A stretch of 64,000 nt of DNA, taken from the NCBI GenBank assembly GCA_963677595.1, contig OY782041.1, positions 288,001 to 352,000 on the forward strand, read 5' to 3'. Positions 41,986-50,992 of this stretch are shown here, in pieces. The position numbers were made by a program, and so were the translations under genes. Origin of the DNA: Spirochaetia bacterium. GTDB taxonomy: Bacteria; Spirochaetota; Spirochaetia; CAKZLE01. The first letter of the stretch is position 1; every line of letters begins with the position of its first letter. The notes beneath the pieces are model-generated. The model worked only from the letters and a program-made list of their open reading frames with translations. It had not been told where the DNA came from and ran no database searches.

Positions 41986-42131
41986 GTTCCCTCCCTGGTT
42001 ACAATCAGGTACCGTCATTATGAGGTACCCTATCACTCTCTTTCAGGTTAGCACAGCTGAAAGCAGGAGTTAAGGGTAACAGGGAGGAAAAACCGCCAGC
42101 CCCATCCAGAAGCACCTGTGCGGTATGCTTT

Positions 42132-42242
42132 ACCGCAGAAATAGGCAGGCAGTGGACTTCCGTGCTATGATACTGGTATGGGATGCAGGTCTAAGGGAGA
42201 ACGGCTATGATCACACGTGTGAGGTTCACGATCACCGGACGG
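42132..42242 (+). repeat. 111-bp direct repeat copy 1 (acyP promoter plus first 12 codons)
   Basis: Near-identical (3 mismatches) to 45506-45616. Confidence 0.95.
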
Positions 42243-42291
42243 AACCCTGCACCTGCTCTTCATGCTCACCGTATTTGCACAAGGCTTGGTC

Positions 42292-42654
42292 TCAGCTCTC
42301 ACCCCTAATTGCCTGTAGGGAGAGGATCTCCGACACAGATCTTCTTAACTCGGGAACATCAGCGATGGCGATCCGATAGATCCGCTCCTCAAGGATCTCC
42401 CCATATTCATGAGCAATGATGTTTCTCAATCCTATGATCAGCTTCCATGGAATATGATTATACACATCCCTACAACTTACCGAGAGATGAGCGGCGGCCT
42501 CACCTATGACAAGCAGTTGACGTTCAACAGCGAACCGCCTCATCTTATTCTGGGAGAACTCCGAGAATGATATATCCTGCATGAACTTGATGATATCAAT
42601 ACAGGCATCCTTGATATCCCAGAGATAGCCCTGATCCCTTTCATCAAGCTGCAT
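42292..42654 (-). CDS. HEPN/DUF86 (HepT-like) ribonuclease toxin
   Basis: IGEAA, IPWK and RNIIAHEY (RX4H) motifs; start overlaps the MNT stop. Confidence 0.9.
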   Translation of the reverse strand: MQLDERDQGYLWDIKDACIDIIKFMQDISFSEFSQNKMRRFAVERQLLVIGEAAAHLSVSCRDVYNHIPWKLIIGLRNIIAHEYGEILEERIYRIAIADVPELRRSVSEILSLQAIRGES

Positions 42655-42949
42655 AGATGACCTTTGCATTCTTTAGGATATGCTCTTTCCTGTAGGGGTT
42701 TCTCAGACTCCCTTTCTCAACAAGATCAACGCTCCTTCCCAGTGCTTTCTCAAATACCTCCTGTATGGCGAACAGGTCAAACAAGGAGTATGCAACACCT
42801 TCATTGAAAACAACCAGGAGATCTATATCACTCTCCTCAGTGAAGCTTTCAGTGAGTATCGATCCGAACAGGGAGAGCTCCTCGATGTGGTATGCTAAAG
42901 AGATAGCTTCTATTACCGTATCATCGATCTCATACTTAGGGAATCTCAT
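42644..42949 (-). CDS. MNT (minimal nucleotidyltransferase) antitoxin
   Basis: LFGSILTESFTEESDIDLLV (GSX10DXD) and LGRSVDLV motifs. Confidence 0.9.
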   Translation of the reverse strand: MRFPKYEIDDTVIEAISLAYHIEELSLFGSILTESFTEESDIDLLVVFNEGVAYSLFDLFAIQEVFEKALGRSVDLVEKGSLRNPYRKEHILKNAKVIYAA

Positions 42950-43258
42950 AGCTTTATTGTATATTCCACAGAATTATTGTCAAGAGAGAGGATTCAGCAA
43001 ATAAGACCAGATTCCCGTCAGCAGGATTAGTTTCACCCCACATTCCTCACTTTCATGACGCACACATAGCAGGATTTTCCATTTCAGGAAAGGATTGAGA
43101 CTACGAAGGGCTATTCATCCTTACCGATCCTCCACACGGCATAAAAATCGGCAAATCCGCCTGGTTGCTACCCCGTCTGAACAGACATGCTGATGATCAG
43201 GACAGTAACCAGCCTTCTCATAGGTTCTGAGGATCAGACGCAGGTACACCTACGAAGT

Positions 43259-44962
43259 TCATGCATGCAGAGAGGTCAGGACACACCTCACCCCCTTGTC
43301 GTAGAATACGCGTTCATCAAGACCCAATGCAGACAGGAAGGCCAACTGACGGGAAGAGAGCGGATTTACCAGCACCGCTTCTGCTCCCATCTCTGCCGCC
43401 ATGATACCGCCAAACACGGTACTCATCATGAATGAAGTCGGCTTTGCCGTCGGTTTGTTGTCCCAGCCTGGTACCGTAGTACCTTCCTTCTGGAGATACC
43501 GCCGCATCTGCCGCTCCATCAACCGCCAGACCATCAGGGCGATCACGAGAATCATCCCCAATGCATCTATGCGGGAAGGGGTTTTCAGAAACAGGTCATT
43601 GACTACCAGGGGATCCTTGAGGAATGAAAAATCACTCTCGATCCCATACTGGCCTTTGTACGTACGCAGTACCGATGCGGCATCAAGCGATGCAACAGCA
43701 ACATTGGTAAGCAGCACAAAACATCCTGCCTGCTCTCTGAGCACCTGCAGCTTGTCCGACTTTTCGGTGATCTCCCAGTTCAACTCATACCGCAGATCTA
43801 CAGGCGGCGGACCCTCCTTCGGGGGACGTCCACGACGCCGAACCGCCACTTCTTGGATCGTAACCGTTAACGAGTGCAGCGGGGAAGAGACCGCAGCGAG
43901 GTTGGCAGCAGCAACCTGCGCATCTTCGCTGCAGTAATACTGTCGCTGAACTTTCTTCAATTTCCCGTTCAGCTCCTTCAACGATTGCTCAATCGCTTTG
44001 TCAATCTTCTTCTGCCTTCGCTTATCATGGGAACTCGAATGTATCACGACCCCGCGATAGGGCTTTTCATACAACGTTACCGTCGTCTCGCACCCCTTAT
44101 AGATCGCAGGAGGCCGGTTCTTCCCTGTTGGTGTTTCAGCCATCATGCCTATGGGACTCCAGCGACCCGCTCCGATCGCTTCCCTTATTGCCTGGTCACA
44201 TGCGCCGTAGGTTGCCGGAAGACGGCTGATGAATGGCATCGACCCTAAAGCCTCCAGATTCTCCTGCGTCACCATGGCCGAGTCTGCAACATAGATACAG
44301 GCCCCATCTCCCAACCCATGTCGGGAGAGCAGTGTACTGATCCGTGTGAGCATCGCATTGTTAGACGTCTTGTCTGAGGAGTTCCCATTGAGGGTACTGC
44401 TGAAGATTGGGACCCCATGATCCACGCACAGTAACTCCGTCATGAACTGCTTGAGATCCGGTCGGTGATCCTTGGAGTGCCCCAGGACGATCGAAGGCCC
44501 CGGGGTCTTTTCCTGCTCACTCCCCCGGTATTCCCCCCAGACACTCGTACTGGTAGTATCGTAACTGAGGGCATGCATATCCAGATCGAAGACCTGTGCT
44601 GCCCGAATCCCCAGTTCGGTCACAATCTTCGATGGGCCGGCATCGAAGATCGCATCCAGGGACCGAGCTATGTTCGTGTCATTGAACAGATGCGGATCTA
44701 CCTCCTGTCCCAGCAATAGGCTGCGGTTCTGCTGCTCGATGAACTGCTCGATCCGATACAGCGGCGACCGTCCATGCAGGACATCGAGCACCATCGTCTG
44801 TACCACGAGCCCCGGAGATAGCTGCATACGGGTCTCCACCGCCGCATCCACGATGTCTCTCAACCCGAGCATGCGGCAGTAGGCCGCCGCAATGGGCAGG
44901 TAGGAATGGGTATAGATTCTGGTATGCTGAAACAGGGTTGAAAGGGGCGGAGTACTGGCCAT
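43259..44962 (-). CDS. IS1634-family DDE transposase
   Basis: YDTTS, GHSKDHRPDLKQ, GNSSD, VADSA and YKGQYGIESDFSFLK motifs. Confidence 0.9.
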   Translation of the reverse strand: MASTPPLSTLFQHTRIYTHSYLPIAAAYCRMLGLRDIVDAAVETRMQLSPGLVVQTMVLDVLHGRSPLYRIEQFIEQQNRSLLLGQEVDPHLFNDTNIARSLDAIFDAGPSKIVTELGIRAAQVFDLDMHALSYDTTSTSVWGEYRGSEQEKTPGPSIVLGHSKDHRPDLKQFMTELLCVDHGVPIFSSTLNGNSSDKTSNNAMLTRISTLLSRHGLGDGACIYVADSAMVTQENLEALGSMPFISRLPATYGACDQAIREAIGAGRWSPIGMMAETPTGKNRPPAIYKGCETTVTLYEKPYRGVVIHSSSHDKRRQKKIDKAIEQSLKELNGKLKKVQRQYYCSEDAQVAAANLAAVSSPLHSLTVTIQEVAVRRRGRPPKEGPPPVDLRYELNWEITEKSDKLQVLREQAGCFVLLTNVAVASLDAASVLRTYKGQYGIESDFSFLKDPLVVNDLFLKTPSRIDALGMILVIALMVWRLMERQMRRYLQKEGTTVPGWDNKPTAKPTSFMMSTVFGGIMAAEMGAEAVLVNPLSSRQLAFLSALGLDERVFYDKGVRCVLTSLHA

Positions 44963-44993
44963 CGGTATCCTCCTGTAGCGGTCGTGGAAACAG

Positions 44994-45052
44994 GACTTGA
45001 CTGATCACTGAACCTACTGTATTATACAGTAGGACAAGAGAGGAGTCAAGTC
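44994..45052. promoter_or_regulatory. Mirror-symmetric bidirectional sigma70 promoter with central palindrome
   Basis: Plus strand TTGACT-N17-TATTAT; minus strand TTGACT-N17-TATAAT; CCTACTGTA-TTA-TACAGTAGG centred on 45023. Confidence 0.8.
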
Positions 45053-45415
45053 ATGACCACCGAGACGGCACAGAAGCGCCTTCAGGTACTTCGCCGCAAA
45101 CAGCAGGAACTCGCCAAGGAACTGAGCACGATCGAATTTATCTGGTCAGGATCCATCTCCAAACGGTTTCTTACCTGCGGGAACCCCTCGTGCAAGTGTC
45201 ATACAGACACTGAGGCCAAGCATGGACCGTATTACTATTGGACGACCAAAAAGGGCGGGAAGACCGTAGCCAGGAAGCTCACAGAGCAGCAGGCTGAGGT
45301 CCTCCAACCATGGATTGAGAACAGGAGAACCCTGGAGAAGACGATGAATGCCATGAAGAAGCTCTCTCAGGATGCGTATGAAGCCATTTTGGTCCTCTTG
45401 GACGATGAAGGGTAG
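45053..45415 (+). CDS. DUF6788-like small Cys/His protein inside the IS
   Basis: GSI...CGNPSCKC...HGPYYYW motif flanked by coiled-coil-like helices; AGGAG RBS. Confidence 0.8.
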   Translation: MTTETAQKRLQVLRRKQQELAKELSTIEFIWSGSISKRFLTCGNPSCKCHTDTEAKHGPYYYWTTKKGGKTVARKLTEQQAEVLQPWIENRRTLEKTMNAMKKLSQDAYEAILVLLDDEG

Positions 45416-45505
45416 CGCTTTTTAAACCGATTTTAGCCCGAAATTAAATACCCGTTTTTTGCTGAGAAATAGTGAGGAATGTGGGTTTCACCGTTTGGCA
45501 TCTTA

Positions 45506-45616
45506 ACCGCAGAAATAGGCAGGCAGTGGACTTCCGTGCTATGATACTGGTATGGGATGCAGGTCTAAGGGAGAACAGCTATGATCACACGAGTGAGGTT
45601 CACGATCACCGGGCGG
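45506..45616 (+). repeat. 111-bp direct repeat copy 2
   Basis: Matches 42132-42242 and contains the acyP RBS and start. Confidence 0.95.
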
Positions 45617-45856
45617 GTGCAGATGGTAGGCTTCCGGTATTTCACCATCCACCAGGCACGTGATCTTGGGATCACCGGGTACGTACGCAACCTGCCCGAT
45701 GGTTCCGTGGAGGTCGTTGCCCACGGGGAAGAGTTTGCTGTCGAAGTACTATCCCTGCGACTGAGGCAAGGTCCCCCTTCCGCCCGGGTGGACTGGGTGT
45801 TCAGGGATGAGCTCGATCCTGCGGGAGAGACATTCCGAAACTTCTTCGTCAGATAG
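45581..45856 (+). CDS. acyP: Acylphosphatase
   Basis: [21 protein letters not shown] and GPPSARV motifs. Confidence 0.93.
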   Translation: MITRVRFTITGRVQMVGFRYFTIHQARDLGITGYVRNLPDGSVEVVAHGEEFAVEVLSLRLRQGPPSARVDWVFRDELDPAGETFRNFFVR

Positions 45857-45865
45857 GAGCATCGC

Positions 45866-46291
45866 ATGAGCCTGAACCATATCAACATCATCGTCACGGA
45901 CCTCGAACGGGCCGCAGGGTTCTTCTCCCTCTTCGGCTACAGCCGAACCAATGCGAAGCATCTCTCTGGTTCCTGGTTCGAGGAGGTCACCGGGTTCCCT
46001 GCTGCCGAGGCTGACTACCTCGCTCTCAACCATCCCGATTCACCGGTACGGCTGGAACTCCTGTGCTACACCACTCCGCCCTCCCCGCCTCCCGTTGATA
46101 TAGGCTCCCTGAACCTCATCGGTTACCGGCATATTGCCCTTGAGGTCGACTATATCGAGGAGAAGCGCAAGCAGGTCGAGCAGGCTGGATACCGGTTCAC
46201 GAGCGCCATCAGGAGGAACTCCTACGGCAGGAAGATGTGCTACTGCATCGGACCGGACGGCATCGTGGTGGAGCTGCTCTCCCGTACCTGA
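45866..46291 (+). CDS. VOC/glyoxalase family protein
   Basis: LNHINI...DLERA, LELL, HIALEV and GPDGIVVEL motifs. Confidence 0.85.
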   Translation: MSLNHINIIVTDLERAAGFFSLFGYSRTNAKHLSGSWFEEVTGFPAAEADYLALNHPDSPVRLELLCYTTPPSPPPVDIGSLNLIGYRHIALEVDYIEEKRKQVEQAGYRFTSAIRRNSYGRKMCYCIGPDGIVVELLSRT

Positions 46292-46388
46292 TGAGAAATC
46301 CCCATGTAGAACTTTCCCATCCTGCGATTATCAAGTATGATGAATACATAGCTATGCACCTAATTCAGGGAACCTCGTAATCAATGGA

Positions 46389-47879
46389 GTGAACACAGCC
46401 ATGTCGCTTGAAACCTATTTCTCCCCGTTCAGGGAACAGACGATCGGATCAGACCATACCATCTTCCTGCCGGATACCGGCAGGGAGCAGCCCCTGGTCT
46501 ACGCCGACTGGATAGCCTCCGGCCGGCTCTACCGGCCGATCGAGGAGTATATGCAGCAGGAGATCGGCCCTCTCATCGGGAACACCCATACCGAGACCTC
46601 CTACACCGGTACGGCGATGACCAGGGCCTATCATGACGCCCGGAAGGTGATCAAGCAGCATGTCAATGCCGGCGAGGAAGACCTGCTCTTCCTGGTGGGC
46701 AACGGTATGACGGGCACCGTCAACAAGATGCAGCGAATGCTCGGCCTCAGGGTCCCGGAACACCTTGTTCCTGAGAACCGTGAGGGGAAGCGACCGGTCG
46801 TCCTCATCACCCATATGGAGCACCACTCGAACCAGATCACCTGGGAGGAGTGCAATGTCGACCTCATCATCGTCCCCTACGTACAGGAGACCGGCCTCCC
46901 GGACCTCGAGGCCCTCGAGCAGCTGGCGATGAAATACGGGAAAGAACGTCCGATGCTCATCGGGTCCTTCACGGCCGGGTCCAATGTCACCGGTATCCTG
47001 ACCCCAGTCCACGAGATGGCTAAGATCATCCACCGCCACGGGGGATACTGTTTCGTCGATTATGCTGCGGCAGCTCCCTACGTTGAGATGGATATGCACC
47101 CGGAGGACCCTGAAGCCCGTCTGGACTGCATCATGTTCTCCCCGCACAAGTTCCTCGGCGGTCCGGGAACGGCAGGGGTCCTGGTGATGACCAGGTGCCT
47201 CTACCACAACGAGATACCGGACAACCCCGGCGGCGGTACGGTACGATGGACCAACCCATTCGGGCACCACCTCTATATCGAGGATATCGAGACGCGGGAG
47301 GACGGGGGCACCCCGGGCTTCCTCCAGGCGATCAGGACGGCCCTGACGCTCAAAGTCAAGGAGGCGATGGGGGTCGGGCAGATACACGACCGGGAGGAGG
47401 AGCTCATGGAGATCATCTTCTCACGCCTGGGGAAGGAAAAGGACATCGTCATCCTCGAGGGCCATAACCGGAACCGGCTCGGCATCATCTCCTTCTTCAC
47501 ACTCAGTGTCCACCATAACCTGATCGTGAAGCTCCTCAACGACCGTTTTGGGATCCAGACACGCGGCGGCTGCAGCTGTGCGGGCACCTACGGCCATATC
47601 CTCTTCCACATCAACAAGAACTCAAGTTCACGCATCGAGGAGATGGTAACGCATGGGGACCTTACTGAGAAGCCGGGATGGGTCAGGATATCGGTCCACC
47701 CGACCATGACCGATGCAGAGGCCGAATATATCGCTGAGAGCGTGATCAAAATCATCAGGAACAGTGATGATTGGGGGAAGGACTACCGGTTCGACAAGCA
47801 GTCCGCGGAGTTCATCAGGATCAGGGGCACAGGCCCGACCGTGCCGGACCTGGTCGAGGGATTCTCGCCGAAGGGCTAG
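46389..47879 (+). CDS. Class V PLP-dependent aminotransferase/cysteine desulfurase-like enzyme
   Basis: YADWIASG, MEHHSN, SNVTG, SPHKFLGGPG, GGTP and RGGCSCAG motifs. Confidence 0.85.
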   Translation: MNTAMSLETYFSPFREQTIGSDHTIFLPDTGREQPLVYADWIASGRLYRPIEEYMQQEIGPLIGNTHTETSYTGTAMTRAYHDARKVIKQHVNAGEEDLLFLVGNGMTGTVNKMQRMLGLRVPEHLVPENREGKRPVVLITHMEHHSNQITWEECNVDLIIVPYVQETGLPDLEALEQLAMKYGKERPMLIGSFTAGSNVTGILTPVHEMAKIIHRHGGYCFVDYAAAAPYVEMDMHPEDPEARLDCIMFSPHKFLGGPGTAGVLVMTRCLYHNEIPDNPGGGTVRWTNPFGHHLYIEDIETREDGGTPGFLQAIRTALTLKVKEAMGVGQIHDREEELMEIIFSRLGKEKDIVILEGHNRNRLGIISFFTLSVHHNLIVKLLNDRFGIQTRGGCSCAGTYGHILFHINKNSSSRIEEMVTHGDLTEKPGWVRISVHPTMTDAEAEYIAESVIKIIRNSDDWGKDYRFDKQSAEFIRIRGTGPTVPDLVEGFSPKG

Positions 47880-48220
47880 AAGGTCCCACCGTCCCAACCC
47901 CACTTATCATGCGGGGAATCAGTAAACTCGATATAGACCCGGTCGCCGGGAACCGAGAACAGCTCCTCGACGGCACTGCAGATACCCGCACTCAACCGGG
48001 ATGGGGAATCACCGGGCAAGCCGATGCTCTTCACCTCGATGAAGAGTGCCGGCTCATCACTCCCTCCAAAGCGTATGGGTTTCTGTTCATCCACCATGAC
48101 CATGATATAGGCCTTCGGCTTGTGGAGGACCTCCTCGACGACCGAGCAGAGCCGATCCTGCATATTCGATATATCTCCCGTCTCGATCGGGAAATTCCTG
48201 TGGACTATGACACACGGCAT
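47876..48220 (-). CDS. MIF/phenylpyruvate tautomerase-like protein
   Basis: Catalytic N-terminal Pro (MP), KPKAYIMV, FGGSDEP, KSIG, DRVYI and WGWDGGTF motifs. Confidence 0.85.
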   Translation of the reverse strand: MPCVIVHRNFPIETGDISNMQDRLCSVVEEVLHKPKAYIMVMVDEQKPIRFGGSDEPALFIEVKSIGLPGDSPSRLSAGICSAVEELFSVPGDRVYIEFTDSPHDKWGWDGGTF

Positions 48221-48240
48221 ACGAACCTCCTCGTTACGGA

Positions 48241-49053
48241 CTATCCCAGTGCTACATCGAGGAGCATCATCACGGTGAACCCGCCCATGGCTCCCCAGGT
48301 AGCGAAATGGGAGTGTGACTGCGAATGGGACTCAGGCACGAGTTCCTCTACGACTACATAGATCATAGCACCGGCTGCAAATGCCAGTGCATAGGGCAAT
48401 AGCGGCCTCACATAGACGACCGCAAGGGCCCCGAGCACACCGGAGATCGGTTCGACCAAACCAGAAAGCTGTCCGTACCAGAAAGCCTTCGCCCTGCTGA
48501 GGTTCTCCTTACGCAAGGGAACCGATACCGAAGCACCTTCCGGGAAGTTCTGCAGCCCGATACCGATCGCCAGGGCAACAGCCCCTGCCACGGTCGCAGC
48601 AGGATACCCTGCGGCAGCCGCCCCGAAGGCAACACCGACTGCCAGCCCTTCCGGTATGTTATGGATCGTGATGGCCAGCACCAGCAGGATGCTCCGCTGC
48701 CAGGAGGTCTTGATCCCCTCGGCCTCGTTTGTCGCGAAACCGGGATGGAGATGAGGCAGGAGTTTGTCCACAGCGAAGAGGAACACCCCGCCGAAGAGGA
48801 ATCCCACTACGGCAGGAACCCAGGGTATGCCCCCCAGTTCCTCAGCCATGCTGATGGACGGTGCCAGCAGGGACCAGAAGCTTGCCGCGATCATGACCCC
48901 GGCAGCGAATCCCATCATGAAGTCGAGGGGCTTCCTTGAGATCTTCTTGAAGAAGAAGACCATGGCAGCGCCGAGGGCGGTCACGAACCAGGTGAAGAGG
49001 GTGCCGATGAAGGCCTGCACCAAGGGCGGGAACTGGGAAATCCACTGAATCAT
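48241..49053 (-). CDS. ZIP (GufA-type) metal transporter
   Basis: FAAGVM, HNIPEG, QNFPEG and FAAGAM motifs. Confidence 0.93.
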   Translation of the reverse strand: MIQWISQFPPLVQAFIGTLFTWFVTALGAAMVFFFKKISRKPLDFMMGFAAGVMIAASFWSLLAPSISMAEELGGIPWVPAVVGFLFGGVFLFAVDKLLPHLHPGFATNEAEGIKTSWQRSILLVLAITIHNIPEGLAVGVAFGAAAAGYPAATVAGAVALAIGIGLQNFPEGASVSVPLRKENLSRAKAFWYGQLSGLVEPISGVLGALAVVYVRPLLPYALAFAAGAMIYVVVEELVPESHSQSHSHFATWGAMGGFTVMMLLDVALG

Positions 49054-49104
49054 AGCTGCCTCCTTTTTTAAGACAGTATACCCTCAAGCCCATACTGTTA
49101 GCAA

Positions 49105-50887
49105 CCCAAATTCCCGATAATTTGTAACTAGGAGAGAGGCGTGATGGTTTCGAAGGGATCCTGATCACCCTCATTCACCAGCTTTCCCTTCCAGGAATAC
49201 TGGACACCGAACAGGTCAAAGATAAGGCGCTGAGCTTTGGTCGGGACCGTAAAAACGTCACCATACTTGCCTCGGTAATGAACTTTCGAGTACGTATTTA
49301 CCTTATCCAGTACTTCCTTGTAGTTCCAATACTTGCGCTGCTTCGCAGGAATGAGCTTGATGCGTTCCTTCAGAGCAGTGAGAATAATCAGAGTTATGAA
49401 ATTAACGAAGAGCCTTCCCTGCATCACCTTGTCAGTATGGACTCTCAAGCGATTGCAATCGACAAGATTCTTCATATCATCGAAGAGCAGTTCAATGTCA
49501 TTTCTCTGCCGGTAGGCATATAAAGCCTGAACAGGATCCTTTTCTGCATTGGTATAGAGAACCCAGAATCCGCTTTGCCCATCGATGAAAGCCTGAACTT
49601 CCTGATCCTTAAGAATCACTCTCCTTCCTCTTTTAGGCGTCTCTTTCACTTCGAAGTATCGCTTATAGTACGACTGATGGTATTTAATTGGCTCATTCGC
49701 ATCAAGCTCGGCTTTGCATTTCTGCAGTCGCTCCATCAGACGGGCAACGTCCCGCTCTTTTCTTGCCGCATCGAAATAGACATGAGCCCACATTCTTCCG
49801 TGTTCAGTCTTCCTGATGGTCTTCAAACCATAGATGATGGCATCGGTATCATCCGCAGGAATAAGCGTGTTTGGACGTTGAATGGTACGGCGATGTTTCT
49901 CTATAAGTTCTCTAGCCCAGGTCACGTTCGAAGGAACAGGTATGAGGAATTCGTGACCATGATCGCTCAAATGAGCGATGTTATCGACAGAGCAGAACGC
50001 TCTGTCCCCTATGATCACAGAGGAAGGGATCTCAAGTTTTTTCAGCTGTTCGAGCACCTGTTGAAGAACTATTGAATCGTTCATACTTCCAGGCATTTCT
50101 GAAAACCAGAGAGGAAGGTGAGTTTCATAGGAACTGAGAAGCCCGATATTGATCTGAGGGATCTTTTCTTTGTCTCGGTTATACCCACGCTCTACATAGG
50201 GATTATGCTTCGCATAGCTGGAGATGCTGCTGATGTCGAATAACAGATTCTTCTTTTCCATGTTCTTTCCTATCCAGGAAGAGAAGAATGTGTTCTGAAT
50301 GTCCTTATCAAGTCTTTTCAGGAGTTCGGTGATCCTCTGTGAACAGAGGCTGGAACCATTGAATCCTCGGTCATCAAGCCAGGACTCAGCATAGCTGAGA
50401 GGTCTGCCGGTACAGATTGAGTATTTCGCAAGCTCGAGAACAGAGATCGCATCCTGAGATCCTAATGCCTTTGAAAGAATACGCCCCAGTCCGATGCGCC
50501 TGATGATAGGATCGAGGAGGAGATTCTGACCGAGCAGGGTTGTCTTTGATACAACAGGGACAGGAAGCTCTTTGGCTTGATTCTCTTGCTGCCGGGATAG
50601 GTAAAATGAGTTATAGATGATCTGTCCATGAGTATCAAGCTTACCGATACACTTACGGCTATGACGACCTTGCTTTTTCTCGCTATCCCAATAGGCGGTG
50701 TCTTCGTAGACATACGTGACATTGGATTTCTTGTTGTGGACCTTGATAATTTTGGCGGTATTCCCTGCTTTTGTCATAGTTCTAATTATAACTATGTTTT
50801 ACAGAATATTCAATCACCAAATAGATATCTAATACATATATTTAATGAATTTATGATTCCCTAGTTACAATTTATCGGGAATTTGGG
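49105..50887. mobile_element. IS1634-like insertion sequence (1783 bp)
   Basis: 28-bp IRs CCCAAATTCCCGATAA(T/A)TTGTAACTAGG with 1 mismatch; 7-bp target duplication TTAGCAA (49098-49104, 50888-50894). Confidence 0.92.
49128..50777 (-). CDS. IS1634-like DDE transposase
   Basis: FDISSISSY, GYNRDKE..PQIN, GDRAF and YRQRNDIELLFDDMK motifs; the stop codon lies in the left IR. Confidence 0.88.
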   Translation of the reverse strand: MTKAGNTAKIIKVHNKKSNVTYVYEDTAYWDSEKKQGRHSRKCIGKLDTHGQIIYNSFYLSRQQENQAKELPVPVVSKTTLLGQNLLLDPIIRRIGLGRILSKALGSQDAISVLELAKYSICTGRPLSYAESWLDDRGFNGSSLCSQRITELLKRLDKDIQNTFFSSWIGKNMEKKNLLFDISSISSYAKHNPYVERGYNRDKEKIPQINIGLLSSYETHLPLWFSEMPGSMNDSIVLQQVLEQLKKLEIPSSVIIGDRAFCSVDNIAHLSDHGHEFLIPVPSNVTWARELIEKHRRTIQRPNTLIPADDTDAIIYGLKTIRKTEHGRMWAHVYFDAARKERDVARLMERLQKCKAELDANEPIKYHQSYYKRYFEVKETPKRGRRVILKDQEVQAFIDGQSGFWVLYTNAEKDPVQALYAYRQRNDIELLFDDMKNLVDCNRLRVHTDKVMQGRLFVNFITLIILTALKERIKLIPAKQRKYWNYKEVLDKVNTYSKVHYRGKYGDVFTVPTKAQRLIFDLFGVQYSWKGKLVNEGDQDPFETITPLS

Positions 50888-50934
50888 TTAGCAAGATAGT
50901 TCACCCGATTGTGTTGAGTACTGCAAACGTAACA

Positions 50935-50970
50935 CGCCCCTGTATGGAGTGTTCTCTCCATACAGGGGCG
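50935..50970 (-). terminator. Hairpin terminator of the rubrerythrin operon
   Basis: 15-bp perfect stem CGCCCCTGTATGGAG/CTCCATACAGGGGCG. Confidence 0.7.
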
Positions 50971-50992
50971 CTGTATTATGCTTCAGGCAATC

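Larger units (their letters stand above)
43037..45485. mobile_element. IS1634-like insertion sequence (2449 bp) carrying a divergent accessory ORF
   Basis: Perfect 15-bp terminal IRs CCCACATTCCTCACT (43037-43051, 45471-45485); 6-bp target duplication TTTCAC (43031-43036, 45486-45491). Confidence 0.92.

Noticed and set aside
45013-45033. LexA/SOS box interpretation of the IS palindrome
   Set aside because: Spacing is CTGT-N5-ACAG, not the CTGT-N8-ACAG of the proteobacterial SOS box.
42132-45616. DGR template/variable repeat or CRISPR interpretation of the 111-bp repeats
   Set aside because: Only two copies, covering a promoter and gene start, with no reverse transcriptase, cas genes or spacers.
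43037-50887. Composite transposon formed by the two IS elements
   Set aside because: The elements have different IRs and transposases and each has its own target duplication, indicating independent insertions.
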